Assembly (NCBI GenBank): GCA_051362555.1
Contig: CM120645.1
Coordinates: forward strand, 2,108,001 to 2,172,000
Direction of reading: 5' to 3'
Length of the DNA: 64,000 nucleotides
Origin: Lingula anatina
Taxonomy: Eukaryota; Animalia; Brachiopoda
Shown: positions 1 through 13,900 of the stretch, piece after piece
How the letters are laid out: each line of letters opens with the position of its first letter
Numbering within the stretch: the stretch's first letter is position 1
The notes under the pieces: generated by a model
What the model saw: only the letters and a program-made list of their open reading frames with translations
Told to the model about the DNA's origin: nothing
Database searches by the model: none
Program-made: the position numbers and the translations under genes

Positions 1-3000
1 GATTTTTCTATATACTTTTGTGTAGTCAAAGTATTTACATGTAGTCTTGTTAACGATAAATTCTGAACTAAAACTTTTAAGATAAATTGCTGGCATGTAT
101 TGAAACTACTCAATGTATGCATGGTGCCATTAAATTGGCGTGGAAACGGTGTTCGTGGGTAATCAGTTACAGGACAGATTTGAGAGACCTATTTTAAAAT
201 GTCTACCTCCAAACTGCAGTTATAACACATTTGGTAAAGTGACATGCGTGTAAATGCAAAGGAGTTTGTCAGTAAAAACACTGAAAATTTAGATATAATC
301 CTATACATGTGCGTAAAGATAGTAATTTAGGTGTATTTGTCTAACCTGCCCGTTACCTTAATGAAGAACAAGTATAAAAGTGGCGCAGCCAACTACGTGA
401 ATGTGACATCAAACACCATAACTTATAGGCATACCGGGGTATCCGCATTTAAAATTTGAAATTTAGAAAATTTGATTTTGCAGGAAAATACCAAATAGAA
501 AACGCTTAGATATTAACAGAGGTTCATCTTAGAACCCAATTTGCTTTAGTTGAGTTTTGAGTCTTGTGGGATATTTCAAGGTCTCCAAGGTAAGAGCTCC
601 GGGGGTTGTTCTTAGTCCTCGTTAATCTGAACATTTCTGCTTCGTGAAATCTTATAATGCGCGTTTGAAGAATTACAAGGATTCAATGTCCGGACGAAAA
701 ATCCCAAGTGGGGAACTAGGGTGATTGACGTTAAAACTTTGAACGTACCCTAAATTGTACGACAACCCTCACAAAATAAAGAAAAAAGAGATTAACATAG
801 ATTTGTAGTCCACCTCCCTCTGCAAATACAGGCTAGACTTTTGAGCCGTCCTGGTTGTTTACAACATAACCTAATTTTGCTGTCTCGATAGGGTGACAAT
901 TTCGAAGAACTTATGATAACCTGTATTGAACTTTGTGTGTACACAACAGCATAGATAGCAGCAGGTAGCGTGGGAGCCATCGACTAAGGAGAGGTGGTGC
1001 GCTGTGCCTACTATTGCCGGTAAAATCAGTTAGGTTAATTGGTATAAAAATTTGGCATATCATTCAATTAGAAGATAAAAGATTTTTTTTTTCTGTTTGC
1101 ATCATTCAGCTAGCATTGGTCAAATGCTGTATATTCAAAGAAAAAAAAGGTGGAGATATGTGACAGCTAGCTAAAATTCTGCTAACAGAACATTTTCACC
1201 ATTTATTTTTGCATTGTTTGAAACCCTATATAGATGTACCAGGGGCTGATTTTAGGGACAGAACTGGGCACAGAGGAGAAAGGGGGGAGACATGTGGCAG
1301 CTAACTAAAATGCTGCTAACAGAAAATTAAGGAAAGGAGGTAAAATAATTATATGTCAGCTAGCTAAAATGCTGCTGTCAGAACATTTCTTTCATTTCTC
1401 TTTGGGTTGGTTGAAATTCCATATACACATACGAGGGGAGCTACCAGAAGCTGCTTTTAACGACCCCCCCCCCCCCACACACACACACATACTCTCTCTG
1501 GCTGCCACACTCTACAGGTACGTCTGCTATCTTGCAGTTGTGCACAGTCACAGTTAGTTTAATAAGTTATATATTACTTTAAACTTGTCAAGCAGCAAAA
1601 TGAGGTGATGTTGTCAATAAACAGGACCTTTATGTAAGTCAAGGCTGTACTAACAGGGGCATGTAATCTCAGTAATCAGACTGTTATTCATGTTGTTGAT
1701 ATTACTTTTTCATAAATTGACCGGGGGGGGGGGGGGAGGGCACTTACCCCGGGGTCCAACTAGCCCCGGTCTCCCCTATACTTAATTATGTCTGTACGCT
1801 GACGGACTGCTGACTGCGGACTGTATAATTTAGCCGTAAAGGCTTACATGTCTATATTCAAAGAGAAGAAAGAGGAGGGGTATATCGGACATAATTAAGT
1901 ATAGGGGAGATCGGGACTACATTGTAGTTGGACCCCGGGGTAAGTGCCCCCCCCCCCCCGGTCAATTTATGAAAAAGTAACTACAAGGTAAAAAATTGGC
2001 CACATACTCTTGTAAAGTGACCGTAGCCTACAATGCTAAGGAAGTGTCGGCCGTTAAAAAGTTTTACTTAAGATGTGAGTCCAAACAAACGATTTTTCAC
2101 CTAATCAGGCGGCTGTAGGTCTTGTTCAGAGTTTATAATATAATATAATATAATATAATATAATATAATATAATATAATATAATATAATATAATATAATA
2201 GGTTATGGTGATAATATTAAGATGTGGCTCTTGTAAAATTCTGAATGCAATGTTTGACGTTCTAACAATTATATTTAACACTAAATCAAAGAAAGATATG
2301 TGAGAAACCGATTTTGCAATTTCATTCATGTACCCGCGAATGGCAGTTAGACCTGATTGCAATTATTCCATCATTGGTAACATAGCATTTGTGCTAACGC
2401 AAATGAACATAGTCAGTGAACACCGAAAGTTCTTCTTTTATCCAACATGCACGTTCATAAAGACAGTTATTTTAAAATCCTCATATTATTTAGTGAGACA
2501 ATAAAACGATGTTATGGAGCATTCTGTTTTATTTTATCAATATTATTAGCAATGTGTTCGATACAATGATTTTCAAGTCTTGGCAAGTTCAACATCCGTG
2601 TCGTCTATACTGACAATGATTTTGTTTGTGGTAATATCTGGGGTTGAATTAATGATTCCGGATTTCTATAAGTATCGTCAATATATTCTTAAATGGACCC
2701 CTGATGACACATAGTCAGTCATTTGAGAATAAAGCGTGATAAATCGATATTACGCGTGAAAATAAATTTATTAATTAATAAATAAGAAAAAATTACCCAC
2801 ACAGTTTGTTTTTAATAGATCTACTGTGTACTGATCATTCTATATACCAACAAATCACATGAGAACTGGCCACGTTCACAACGAATTGACCGGTCACATG
2901 TGCTTTCTGTTTGTTGGACCACTAGAGTTATGTCCAACTTCCCTCTAGCAAATGCAGGTGCATTGCTAATAGATCAATTGTCCGACCTTAAACTAAACTC

Positions 3001-4240
3001 GACATGTTTTTTTTTAATCTCACTTTCTTCGCTCTTCTCTTTATATCACACAGACGTTATTTCCGGGCGCTCACCACACAGAAAAAAAAACTCATACCCC
3101 ACAGTTTAAACCCTAGGGCTGCTAAAGCTAGACAGACGTCAGCACGCATGCGCAGATATTATACGGGGCAAACCTTTAGTCATACATGTAACGCTGTCAT
3201 ACATATAAAAATCTATTTTAATTGGTTATTTAATGAACATCGTGGGTATTAAATAGATAACACCCGGGTTCAGTCCGTTCAATCTGATTCATAGTCAATG
3301 CGTCATCCATATACACCGCAATATTTATTCAGATTAGAGCCCGTATCAGAGGTCAGCACCCATGTGATCATTCGCCATAATATAAGGAGCTTCTATGCAA
3401 AGTCTCATCATTTGAAAGTGAAGTCAAGATGTTGTACACATACAGAACATTGCTTGAAGTCGTCGAACTTTGATGATTGAACAATTTGAAAAAGAACAGA
3501 TCAAAGTGAACATCACTTGCTGTAAAACCAGTGGTAACTCATATTTTGCGATAAAAGCAATGCTTTTTTTTCTGTTTTTTTTTTTGGAAATAAGGAGCTC
3601 CAGTACCAGATGACTACGTGACACGAAAAATATTTTTAGGGCTCATAATGTCTATATCACATGACAACATTTGAGAGACGCCATTTGTTACTACATTAGA
3701 AGAAAATCTTAATGAATGTCACTTTTGAAGACTTAAAATGTAAAAGAACCCGTCTTCATGATGGAAACATCTGACAAAACGTCTTTGTGCAAGAACTCAC
3801 TGGGCATGGAGTACCAATGATGTTTTTTATCTGCTGAGTGCAGAAGACTTCCTTAATGAACTTGTCTGAAGAAATACCGTAAAAGACCGCAGATAGATTG
3901 ATGTTTTAAAGGTACAGTTTGAGGCTTACTACTTGCAAACTCTCTCTCTCTCTCTCTATCATATATATTATACCTCTTTCTCAGTCTTGTTCGTGTAAAC
4001 GACATGGTAAATTTAAAATTAAATGTTCCGTTTTTTCCAGCTCTCTCAACCAATAATAAGATTGAAAAGTAGATGCTTCCTCCCTCATCCCCTTCTCTCT
4101 CTCCTTTATCTTTCGTCCTCCCCCTCTCCCCCTCCCTCTCCTCTCTCCCCCAGTCTCTCCCTCCCTCGCTCTCTTGTTATATTAGAGGTACAGCATGAGT
4201 CTGTCCCTAACTACATGTACTATCACAACGCCCTCTTCTC
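1..4240 (+). repeat. Segmental duplication, copy A (matches about 29859-34020)
   Basis: Near-identical sequence beginning GATTTTTCTATATACTTTTGTG at 1 and 29859. Differs by the Ginger-like insertion and a rearranged block at 1115-1887. Confidence 0.92.
2137..2200. repeat. (ATATA/TAATA)n microsatellite; paralog at about 31910-31960
   Basis: Direct reading of the tandem pentamer. Confidence 0.95.
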
Positions 4241-7200
4241 TATTTCAACACACATTACATTTAGTAAGTGCCTTAATTGAGATATCAGCTGCTTATGAAA
4301 GGGTTCAAAGAAAAAAGACAGGGTTCTTTTCAAGATGGAGAAAAATGGCCTCTGTCACCATACACATTTAAATAAACAATCTGTTTTGTGTAATATTTCT
4401 AAAATCTGTTTTGATATTTAAAGTGCTTAAAGTGGCATCTTTTTTCTTATCTTTTGTGTTAATTTTGAAGAAAAAATAAGACAAAACTAATTAGGCTTAA
4501 AGCTGACACCTACATGAATCACATTTTATTACTGATATTACAAGCCCCCTATTAGTACAGCCTAGACTTAGGTCCTGATTATTGACATAATCACCTGATT
4601 TTGCTGCGTGACAATTTTGAAGTAACAGATAACTTATTAAACTATGTGTCACTGTGTACAACTGCACTGATACATGTAGCAGGAGTAGAGTGTGGCAGTC
4701 AGCGAGTTGTGGGGAGGGGTGCACCCACAGCTAGGCCCTGTTGTATATGTTTATATGATTTCAACCATACCAAAAACAATGATAAGACTGTTCTGTTGGC
4801 GGCATTTTAGCTAGCTGTCATATGTCTCCTCTCTTTCTCTTCTTTGAATATAGGCATTAAAGCCTACACTGCTGAATCAGCTACAGTGCGCAGTCCAACG
4901 GCGCACTGTAGCTATAATCATGTGTACATCATTACACGTAAAACCATGTTTGTTAATTTAGTACTGTATATCATTCACAGTATAATTATATATAAGTTTT
5001 TAGTCACGAGCATTGGATTTAAAACACGTACTTTTATCAACCGTGCACTTTCAATTCCTTCTGTTTACCATACCCAATAGTAATACAAACATAACCTTAA
5101 AAACTAAATTCACATTTTCTACTTATGTTTTCTGTTGTAGGCCTAAACTTTAATAGAAAACAGTTATCCTTTAATTATCTTGGTTGTTTTTGTTTGTTAG
5201 TTTGTTTTTATGTATGATGGACACCCGGGTGTCCGTATGTCGATATCAAGGTTAATAATTGTTTTGCTATACATAATTTGTCCTCCCCTCCAGCTTGATT
5301 CAATGTAAAATCTACCATATCATTATATCAATTAAGCGGACACTCTACTTCTGCTATCAATGCAATTGTGTACAGCTACACTTGGATTTAAATGTTATCT
5401 ATTACTTCAGAATTGACAGGCAGCAAAATCAGGTGATGTTTTCGATATTCAGGACTTAAGTTCGCATGTAAATAGCAAGGTCAATAACTGTTTCGCTACT
5501 GTCATTAACCTCCCTCTTGTGAAACAGTCCCCTCCAGCTTGATCCACTGTAGTTTACAATGTCATTATATCAATTACAACAGAATAAGACTTTTTTGTTT
5601 TATAAATGATATGAAGTTCTAACCCTAAAATGATATTACCTGTAAGTTTTAACCTTTAACCTGATTTAGCTGCCTCGATCAAGTGGCAATTTCGAAGAAC
5701 TTTAGATAATCTACATTAAACAAGTGCAGCCTAGACTTCAGATCCGTCCTGGTTATTGACAACATCACCTGATTTTGCTATGTCGGTCGGTAACAATTTT
5801 GAAGTAATGCCAATTTGGTTATACATGTACATAATATATTAAACTATTGGCTGCGCAACGAGTTGGGGGGGGGGGGGGGGGGGGTGCTGAGCCCACCTCT
5901 GTTGGTAAAATCACTACTTAGGTCACAAATCATTGGTATTTGGAGTTTCACTCAATTAAAAGATAAATAATAAATTATATTCTGTTGGCAGCGCTTCGGC
6001 TAGCTGCCATGCGCCCCTTTTCTTCTCTTTGAATATAGACATTTCAGCCTATACGGCTAATTTATATAGTCCGAAGTACCACAGCGTATATTAATTAATT
6101 ATATATAATTAAATTAAAAATGGCATATAAAATCATGCATTTTATTTTAATAATATCATGCAAAAAATAATGATATTGAGCAATGGGTTTAATACGTTTA
6201 TTAAGCTTAAACACAAAGAGGACGCACAGCAAAAGTGATTCACACTTGCCCCACAAGCACTGCACGTGGTGACGTACTGACGACATAGGACAGTTTTGCC
6301 TCCTGTCTCCTCCTCTTTTTTTATCTTCCCTTATATCAGTCATTTTAGGATAACGTGTCAAATCTATCTTACGTGTAGGCTTTCCAGCTTTCCTCTAGCG
6401 AACGCATTTTACTTGCTAATGGATCACTTGTCCTACCTAAACGTCCTAAATTGGACATTTCTAAAAATAAAAAACCGCACTGTCTGTGCTCTTCCTGTAT
6501 ATCACATCAACGTTATTCTACGGGGGAAATTATGTGCATCATACATGTAGATCTGTGATACAAATACAAATCTAGCTTTTATTTCGAGTTCGATGAAATA
6601 ATGAATATCATGGGTATTAAATAAATAACACCCAGTTTCAAAGCGTTCAATTTGATTCATCGGCAATTAACAGAGTCATCCAAAACACTACAAACAATAT
6701 TTATTCAGATAAGAGCCTGTGTTAGAGGCCAGCACCCATGTTATCAATCCCCATAACGAGCTTCTGCGCGCAATCTCATCATTTTCAGGTGAAGTCGAGA
6801 TGCTATACACATGCCGAATATTGCTGGAAGTCATCAAACTTACCTGAAAAGAACAGATCAAAGTAAAAATCTCATGATGTAAGAGTAATGGTAGCGCATA
6901 ATTAGCGATCAAAACAATCGTTTTTCAAAATAAGGCGCTCAAATGCCAGATGACTACTTGGCACTTAAAATATTTTTAAGACTCATAGTGTCAACAACAT
7001 CACCTGACAAAATTTGAGAGACGCCATTGGTTACTCCATTAATGCGGCCTAATGAATGTCACTTTTGAAGACTTAAACTGTAAAAGGACCCGTATTCATC
7101 ATGGAAAAATCTGACAAAACGTGTTTGTGCAAGAACTCACTAGGCATGGAGGCCCAATGACGTATTTTATCTGCTGAGTGTAGAAGACTTCCTTAATGAA

Positions 7201-9139
7201 CATTTTTGAAGAAATACCAGGATTTTTGCAGAAAATTTGATGTTTAAGAGGTACAGTTTGGGGCTTGCTACTTGCAAACTCTCTCTCTTCCCTTTCCTCC
7301 TCTCCTATCTTGTTTCCTCCTGTCTCTCTCTCTCTCTCTCTCCACTCCCTTCTCTCTCTCTTGGAAATAACCCTTACATGAATCACAGTTTATTACTGAT
7401 ATTACATGCCCCTGTTAGTACAGTCTTGACTAAGGTCTTGTTTACTTACAAAACCTGATTTTGCTGTGTGACAATTCTGAAGTTATCAACGCGTCAGCCC
7501 TAGCGTTCATGGAATACCGCAGATTTCAGATTGCCTTGGGTAACTACGACAAGATGGTCAATGTTAGTTTCCACCCATACGTATCTTTTCATATACATGT
7601 ATCTCATCCTCTTGCGGTTCATTATGCTAATTTTCGTGATAAATTCTTGTTTAAGGATTAAGTTACGACCCGTACCGATTGTAATCTCACCTCAAAAAAG
7701 AAAGGTGTTATATGACGATTTTTAAGACAGATCTCCGTTTTGAGCCTCTTAAATGACCTTTCTTCTTGAACTTCGTCAGGATTTGCTCTACGAAGGTGAA
7801 AAAAATGGTGACTAGGATACTTTAATTGTTAGGTGATTTTTTTTGACATTGCTGTCACGACATAGACATGATGTCTTTTAAAAGAAAAATCTAAGTGTCG
7901 TTGATAATGTATGTGGTACTGTGCACATTATTCAGGTGTGAAACCATGGCACAGGGGTTGGGGGGTATGCGCGTGAGTGCGAAATAGCGTGCATCAGTGC
8001 GCCTGGAAGCCGCTTTTTGGTACTAGTTTGTTATATTAGCACGCGCAAAGAATTACCACTTAAAGAAATACAGGGGCATGTTCTAAACTTAAGTCACAAT
8101 AAAGATGAACTTTGTGATTTTCATTATCACTCTAATAAACGTTATCAGCTTTAAAATTGGAGATTGCAGATATAGGGTCATAATGGTGGGCAGCAATATT
8201 AACACCTTTCTCTGAAAGATTAAAAAAACTAGCCTAGAAATAAAATCGCATTAAATGATTTATGCCTGTGGGAAGGGGAGTGAGAGAGAGAGGGGAGTGG
8301 GGAGGGGGTGCTATCGGTAAAAATAGTCCGATACAATGACTGAATGTGGAATTTCCACCACAGACAAGCCCATTTTATGACCCCACCCCCCAAACTCACT
8401 TTTCTAACAAGCAATGTTCAAGCATTCATATCTCTCTTTTTGCAGGGTTGACAGCCATAAAATTGTATACATGGATCCTGAGCATATATTGGTCTCATCA
8501 TACAAAATTTAAAAAAAGTGTTAAACACAACAGAAGATATTCAAAAACTACCTCAAATTTTACCAATTTTAGCAAAAAAACAAATGGCCGAAGTCAAGAT
8601 ATCAGTACATTTTGAGATAATAACCCCTTCCAATAATCAAATTAAATCAATACTCGCAGCCATGAATCCAAACAATGCTTTGATAAGGGCATAACTATCC
8701 AATTTTTAAACTTATATAATACAAGATACCTGCCATCAATTCTGTCCCAAAATACAGTGACCGTAATTACTCAAAATAATCAAGAGGCCCATTTTTCCAG
8801 GTTTATTTTGAGATCTGTAATACAGAATTGTTCACATAATGTTCTTTGCAAACAGAGCCATACAACATGTGAATAATTTTTAATTATTAGTGACAAGTTA
8901 TTCAACCCCCTTCTCCCCATTTAAGGAGTTATTACTGTGCACATCCAATGTCATCAGCATCGTGTGTACACCTTAATTTCAGGGAGCAATAGAGGTTTTA
9001 AAAATTACAAAGGGGTTTTCTAAAGGTAAAAGGGAATGACTGTCTCATTTTAGAAGTTTTCTCAAGTGCAACACCAATTAAATCCACTTGAAATGGTATA
9101 CGAATCATGTCTTTTATTTCGCTGCTGATTTAGGTTGAT

Positions 9140-9301
9140 AGCTACTGAGGAAGTGGCTCCTCTTCACATTTACCTTTTATCAAGCAGGGTAGAGATGCAT
9201 GTGATAGTACTTGTGATTGGCAGAAGAAAAGAAATAGTGGTGAATTATTTACGCTTACGCGTTTTTTGTCCAGTGAAGGACCTCTGTCCAGAATTCCCCA
9301 G
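9140..9301 (+). promoter_or_regulatory. Candidate promoter and non-coding first exon of copy 1
   Basis: Strong donor CAG|GTGAGA at 9301/9302, upstream of the acceptor at 10162. Nearby are GAGGAAGT (ETS-like), ATTGG (CCAAT), GAAAAGAAA (IRF-like) and GAATTCCCC (kappaB-like). Short motifs only. Confidence 0.35.
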
Positions 9302-10214
9302 GTGAGACATTCACATCATACTGCTGCGTCTTATGCATTCACTGTTGAAGGAATCATTCCTCGTTTATTGAACTGAGTTGAAAACAAGGAAAAGATGTAG
9401 ACGAGTTTTAAAACAGTTTCCACACGCCCCTATAGTATTTTTAATTAAAATTCATTTTGTCTAATATTCTTCGTTAAATTTAAGTCCAATGTGATTAAAA
9501 TTTACGGGTTTATATATAATTGTTCAAAGGGAACAATTTTGAGAATATCAGAAGAAAACGTAACACTGAAAATATTCTATGACACAGTGTCAACAACATC
9601 AGCTGGCAGCCTTTGACAGAAAAGTGCTTGGCGTGAATAATCGATGAATTAAATGGTCTCAGAACAAAAATAATTTTTCTACAGATCTGGACCTCCTACA
9701 GATGTTAGAACATTATGGTGACAGGTCCAATAATACAAAATGGAATATCCGTTTGGAGTAGTATTTTTCCATCTTCTATACCCTTCCTATACCAATATTT
9801 TATAACCATTCAAAAAACAATGTTTCCTAACTTTTTTGATCAAGTGTATACGAAGTGTACAAAAGCACATGCTAATAAGAACTACATCGCTCTTTATTAT
9901 CATCATCATAAGCCCTGCCCCTAAACGTTTACAACCAGCGTTTATTCTCCTCCCGCATTCAGCAAGTCTGTGATTTTATGCCCCATTTACCAAGGACACG
10001 CGTCTTTGTTTCTCCTTGCTGTTTCAATTTGTTGTATTTCATCTCTTCACATTAAAATATTGCAAGTTAATTTGATAAAAAATCTGGTGAATTGCATATT
10101 GACAATTTAATATTATTGCACCCACATTGAAGGTAAAATTTCCATCTTCTATTTCATCCCAGAGGAGGCAAAGGAGGAAAAGACGCACATGTAGAAGTGA
10201 CAGATACCAGTGCC

Positions 10215-10905
10215 ATGGCAACAGCAATAGAGTCATACACCGGTTCCGACCAGGAAAATTATTTCCGTCTGTGCATTTTAATTGTAGATTATGCCCTGAA
10301 AGTCTTGCAACATGTTCTTCAGAAAGAGCTTGAATCAAACTATCCCAATTTATTTGACCCGAGCACGGGATTGTTATGTGGGGTGCTTGGTGATGGAACT
10401 GTCAGAAAGAAACTGTTTAAATTACCACGAGGAGTATTTAATAAGCAGCAAAAAGACCAACTGTATCCCGCTGGAAATCCCTCCACATCAGTAACTGTTG
10501 GTGATTTAGACATCACACTGACTGTTCTCTTGCTGAGAAACATCACAAAACTGGTAACCGGGTCCAATGCATGGGACAACCCCTCTGACAGCGATAGGTC
10601 AACGGAAGCCAAGATTGGTCGAGTTAAAAGATATCGGAATGTTGAGTATGCTCATATAAAAGAGACAGCAATCAACTTGGATGTTTTCCGAAAAAAATTC
10701 TCAGATCTCAAGTCCAGGCTCCTGGCTCTCTCTGGCAGGTACAGTGGTGAGGAATACGACGACATCTTGCACAGACCTCTTGACCCTGGTTTACTTAAGG
10801 AATACCAAGACGTTATGAACAAACTGTACAATAATGACAAAGAGGTGAAAGAGTGGATGATGGAGAATCGTGATATGCTCAATAAAATCGATTTAAGGAC
10901 AATAG
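10215..10905 (+). CDS. Copy 1 first coding exon: DZIP3/hRUL138-like HEPN domain plus coiled coil
   Basis: Motifs NYFRLCILIVD, QQKDQLYP, DLDITLTVLLLRNI, WD.P..D, and RVKRYRNVEYAH (HEPN Rx4-6H; R codon 10635, H codon 10653). Acceptor ends 10162, donor GTTGGT at 10906. Confidence 0.85.
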
Positions 10906-13900
10906 GTTGGTACTTGTGCTTTTAGATACCTTCCTCACATAAAACTCATTGGTGCACACATGCTTTCGTTCTTCACATTTTGGTTAGGGAGCAACTTTAT
11001 TTCAAACATTTTCTCGGATGTGAATGAGGTAGATATAATGATAGTGGCAGAAGCATCTGGATCTAAGAAAGGTCTATTAAAGTTTTATTAAAGTGTGAGA
11101 TATATTTTCATTTTCCTTAACAAAATTCATGAGAGAATAAGTTAAAAGTAGTGGTACAAAAACAATGTAGATTGACTGGTAAAATTAACAACATACTGGT
11201 AATGATGCAGATGAAAAACAATCGTCACTCTTGAAATCCTCAATTGGATTCTCATGCTTATGTTTGAGAACTACAGTACTTTTGTGTTTTATTTACAGAC
11301 ATTCAGGAAAAAGTTCAGGTGCTTTATGACAGGAATCAAGATAGATCAGAACGTCGGATAAGTCCAGGTAATATACTACAGTAAATGTCAGTTTCAAAAA
11401 TTGATGTATAAATGTAAGGAGATCATGTCTACTGCTGAGTGAAATAAATAATGGTTTCTAATACCACATATCATACTCAAGTGACTAAATTATATGAGTG
11501 ACTTTATTATAAAGATATAACGGTTGCATTTATTTTTTGATACAAGTGTACGTGAGGAATCAGTATTTTAAAGTAATGATGAGGAAAATCACTTGGGTTA
11601 CAAGATTATAACTCAGCAGAACAGAGGTAATGATTATATTTTACCAGGCATACTGTTCTGGTCAGTTTTGCTACTTTCTGGAGGGATATATGGCCTTAAT
11701 TGGTCAAAATATCACCCCCGTTCCTTCAATTTAGAATTCATATGTTGATATCAGTGCAATCAAATAAAATATTTTAAAGCAAATATTCCCTTTTTATCGG
11801 TATTCTTCACCACCTCACACACTTTTTCTCTTTTCCGTTTATCGTCAATGCTAAAAACTGCTTAGTAAATTGATGTTAGATAGTGATTGGTTTGCGTCGT
11901 ACTTACGTAACTTAGATATCATCATGAAAGCTGGCATGGTTAATGACAATGCTTTTAATCTATTTTGTTCAGGGACATAAGCCTCTAATAACGCTGTTTG
12001 ATAAAACAAAGGCATTATCTCGCATATTTACCTATAAAATCACAAGTAACCCTTTCAGCCTTACTGTTGTGATAAAAATTGATAGCTGTTCAGGTGAGGG
12101 ATATATGTTTTTAATTGGAAACAATTTCAAAACAAACACGTCATCATCTAGAATTAGCAAATTCACTCCAGTGTATTTTTTGATGTGACAGCATTATCTC
12201 TTAACATGGTAATGTTTAATTCTACACTATCTAAAATAATCAAGAAATAAAATAGATCAAAGATAACTTATCAAACTACCCTTAAATACGTCCACTCGTC
12301 CATCAGTCAAATTGGAAGAAAGGATTATATATATATATTTCTACTATAACACATTTCAATAGACATAAAAGAAACGGAAAAAAATTCCGACCCGAACATT
12401 TCTTATAGCTTTGTCGCTGGCTCTTGTGCAATTTGGTGATAAAAAAGCAGAGGGTATGAGGCATGTTTAAAGTTTAATCCTTACTCAAAAGTAGTTGATC
12501 ATACGATTGATTCGTTTATATTTTACCATAAACGATGTTCATTCCTTCTAAGCCATAGACGTTTAGTAATTCCGTCACCATTCAGAGATCCTTGTTTCTA
12601 CTACATACATGTGCTCAGTACTACTACTGTGACCTGTAATCGCTGGTGAGCCCATGTTTGACCGATCCAGACGTTGGTCAGTCCAACGTGTACCTTTATG
12701 AAGTACTGTTACTGTGACTCGTCGATGGCGAGAAAACGTCATGTCAATTTTAAGAAATGCCTTATTTACACATGGACTTTTTCCAATGCCTGACTTTGAA
12801 TTTCCACTGGTCCGAGTCCATTTTCTTTTATTGAAATTTTGAAATACCGCATATTTAAAAACTGTTATATTGTATTTTTAAGCTACATGCATGTTGTAAA
12901 TTAGAACATAAACGGCAAAAATGTTCTTTACACTTAAATGTTAAATTGGCTGTTTACTGCATGTATAAATCTCACTCCTTCAATCAGTTCTGTAATTAAT
13001 ATTTCTGTCCATTGGACACCTTTGCTGCCGTGATATTTATGACCATGTCAATCATACACAGGTATATATACTTCATGACTAATTGATCATCGCCCATTTT
13101 ACTTAATCTGCACCAGGAAGCAATTACTTGTACTTGCTTGAAAATAACTTTTCAATATTCAGATAGACCATCTATCCCAGTGATATTACAGTAGATATGC
13201 ACATCTATAAATTGTTTATACTTCCCTCTAAATCAGGTTCACGAAGCAGATCGTCTTCCCAGTCTGACAGCGACGGTTCTCCAGTACCCTCAACGTCCAC
13301 AAGTGGCCAAAAATCTGGGCGTCACCACAAGCAGAGGGCGAAAAGTGGTAAGAATTAGAAAATTGAAAAAATAAATTGTGAATGCTCAGTGCCAGAATGT
13401 TTATCAAAATATGGTATCAATAATAGTGATAGACCTACTGATGTACAGAAACTACTGTACAGATGTGCAAAGAAGCAGATCTTCTACACTGTCTGACAAG
13501 GACTCTCCAGCACACTCAACCTCCTCATCTGGCCAAAGATCTGAAAACTCTGCAGAACGGAAAACTAGACGTGTTAAGACCAGGAAAATTAGTAATATTC
13601 AAATTGTGTGTGCTCATTTTACGTTACGACAAATTATCCACAAACCTTAATATTTGTAAAAATTATTTATGATTTTCTTTTCACATGGCCCTAGGTCTAC
13701 GTATGTTCAAACATAATTATTACAATAGTCTAATTTTTTTGTGGGTGGAGGGGGTGTGATGTAATGATGCAATAAGTCACGTGGTGTAGGTCAGAGGTCA
13801 TGGGTGCGCAGCAGAGAGTAGGGATGCGACGTGGCATGTGATGCATGGACTTTTAATTTTGTAATAAATATTTCAATCTTTAATACATGTACGTTGTTAC

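Noticed and set aside
792-3480. Short ORFs repeated at 31254-33252 that look conserved
   Set aside because: Conservation reflects recent segmental duplication. No splice pattern or domain signal.
10197-10925. HEPN ORF as a stand-alone toxin gene
   Set aside because: Conserved phase-1 donors just before the stop in both copies and in-frame downstream exons indicate it is an exon. An intron-retained HEPN-only isoform cannot be excluded.
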